Shown here piece after piece: positions 63,201 through 64,000 of a DNA stretch of 64,000 bases. The DNA is from Schmidtea polychroa (Eukaryota). The stretch spans positions 174,208,312-174,272,311 of the forward strand of contig CM097886.1 of assembly GCA_044892525.1 (NCBI GenBank). The letters are read 5' to 3'. The notes below the pieces were generated by a model. That model was not told the origin of the DNA. It saw only the letters and a program-made list of their open reading frames with translations, and searched no databases. How positions within the stretch are numbered: position 1 is the first letter of the stretch; each line of letters opens with the position of its first letter. Position numbers and translations under genes: made by a program.

Positions 63201-64000
63201 TTGACATAAAAATCAACAAATCTTTTAAAGATTACTTGCAACCCATACTTGGAATATTAGTATAAAATGTTTAACTTTAAAATGAAAATAAATTCAATAG
63301 AAAGTTACTTTGTGCTGGCCATAGAACAAAAATAATTTTTAATTCTTATACTTAAACCAAGTTAATAGAATTTTCTTGTAATAACAAAAACAGGAATTTC
63401 CTAAGTAAATATTGAAATGTATATTTTCACATATATTTATTTATTGCCATGAAACTGTGATAAACTATTATTACGAATCACCGGGGCCAGCAGTTGCTTA
63501 AATCGTGTTATATAAAGACTTTCATTATTCTTCTTTTTAAAGGCTTCAAAGAAATTACAGGCTTCAAATCATACTCATACACAACTTTGAGTTTAGTAGC
63601 ATTCGTCTGTTATATTTTCAGCTTTCTATCACTCAAGTGTTTCAAGACAATTTTCGTTGGACATTAATTTCTTTTTAAAATCCAAAATATTTTTCTTTCT
63701 CTTTTATTCAATTATATATTCTGACTTGAACTTGCTTTTCTTTTTATATTTCAAATTCATTTTCTTGTCCTATACTTCCTTTACATTTTTTATTCTGTTG
63801 ATTTCCGTTTAATTTATGTCATTCCTGAGTCACTTAAAATCAAATAATAACTTCCGCAAAACCTTTACGTATTGTCTTTTGATTTGTCGCATTATTTTAA
63901 ATTGTATTTCTGATATTCCATCAATCTGATCGTTACCCAAACTTTTTTTCAAATACGAACTAAAATATTTTCTTATATTTTGGAATTGATTAAGTAAAAA

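Noticed and set aside
1-64000. tRNA or rRNA genes; prokaryotic origin of the window
   Set aside because: None recognisable; spliceosomal introns, dlg and metazoan TE families show this is animal nuclear DNA.

Overview
AT-rich metazoan scaffold with 8 N-gaps; the smallest introns are 38-46 nt and the taxon cannot be fixed from sequence alone. Host genes are: two near-identical intronless Ldh_2-family oxidoreductases (7885-8961 and 23242-24318); a convergent FAM32A (+) / POLR3H-RPC8 (-) pair (15276-16497); ten coding exons of a discs-large (dlg1) gene on the minus strand (29103-59474, 5' end not seen); and an HSP90 pseudogene fragment. The rest is mostly transposon DNA: hAT elements and MITEs with 8-bp TSDs (one with an intact 779-aa transposase), Tc1/IS630, piggyBac, solo LTRs, an RLE-type non-LTR retrotransposon and a Penelope remnant. 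Main observations: (1) 4444-13137 is a rearranged duplicate of 14943-27004 that fuses the FAM32A upstream region and first codons to the oxidoreductase. (2) The two oxidoreductase CDSs are about 99% identical while their flanks are clearly diverged. (3) Four independent solo-LTR insertions fall in about 150 bp of ancestral sequence behind the oxidoreductase. (4) A minimal type-I hammerhead ribozyme lies in sense orientation in the last dlg intron. All alignments were done by eye.
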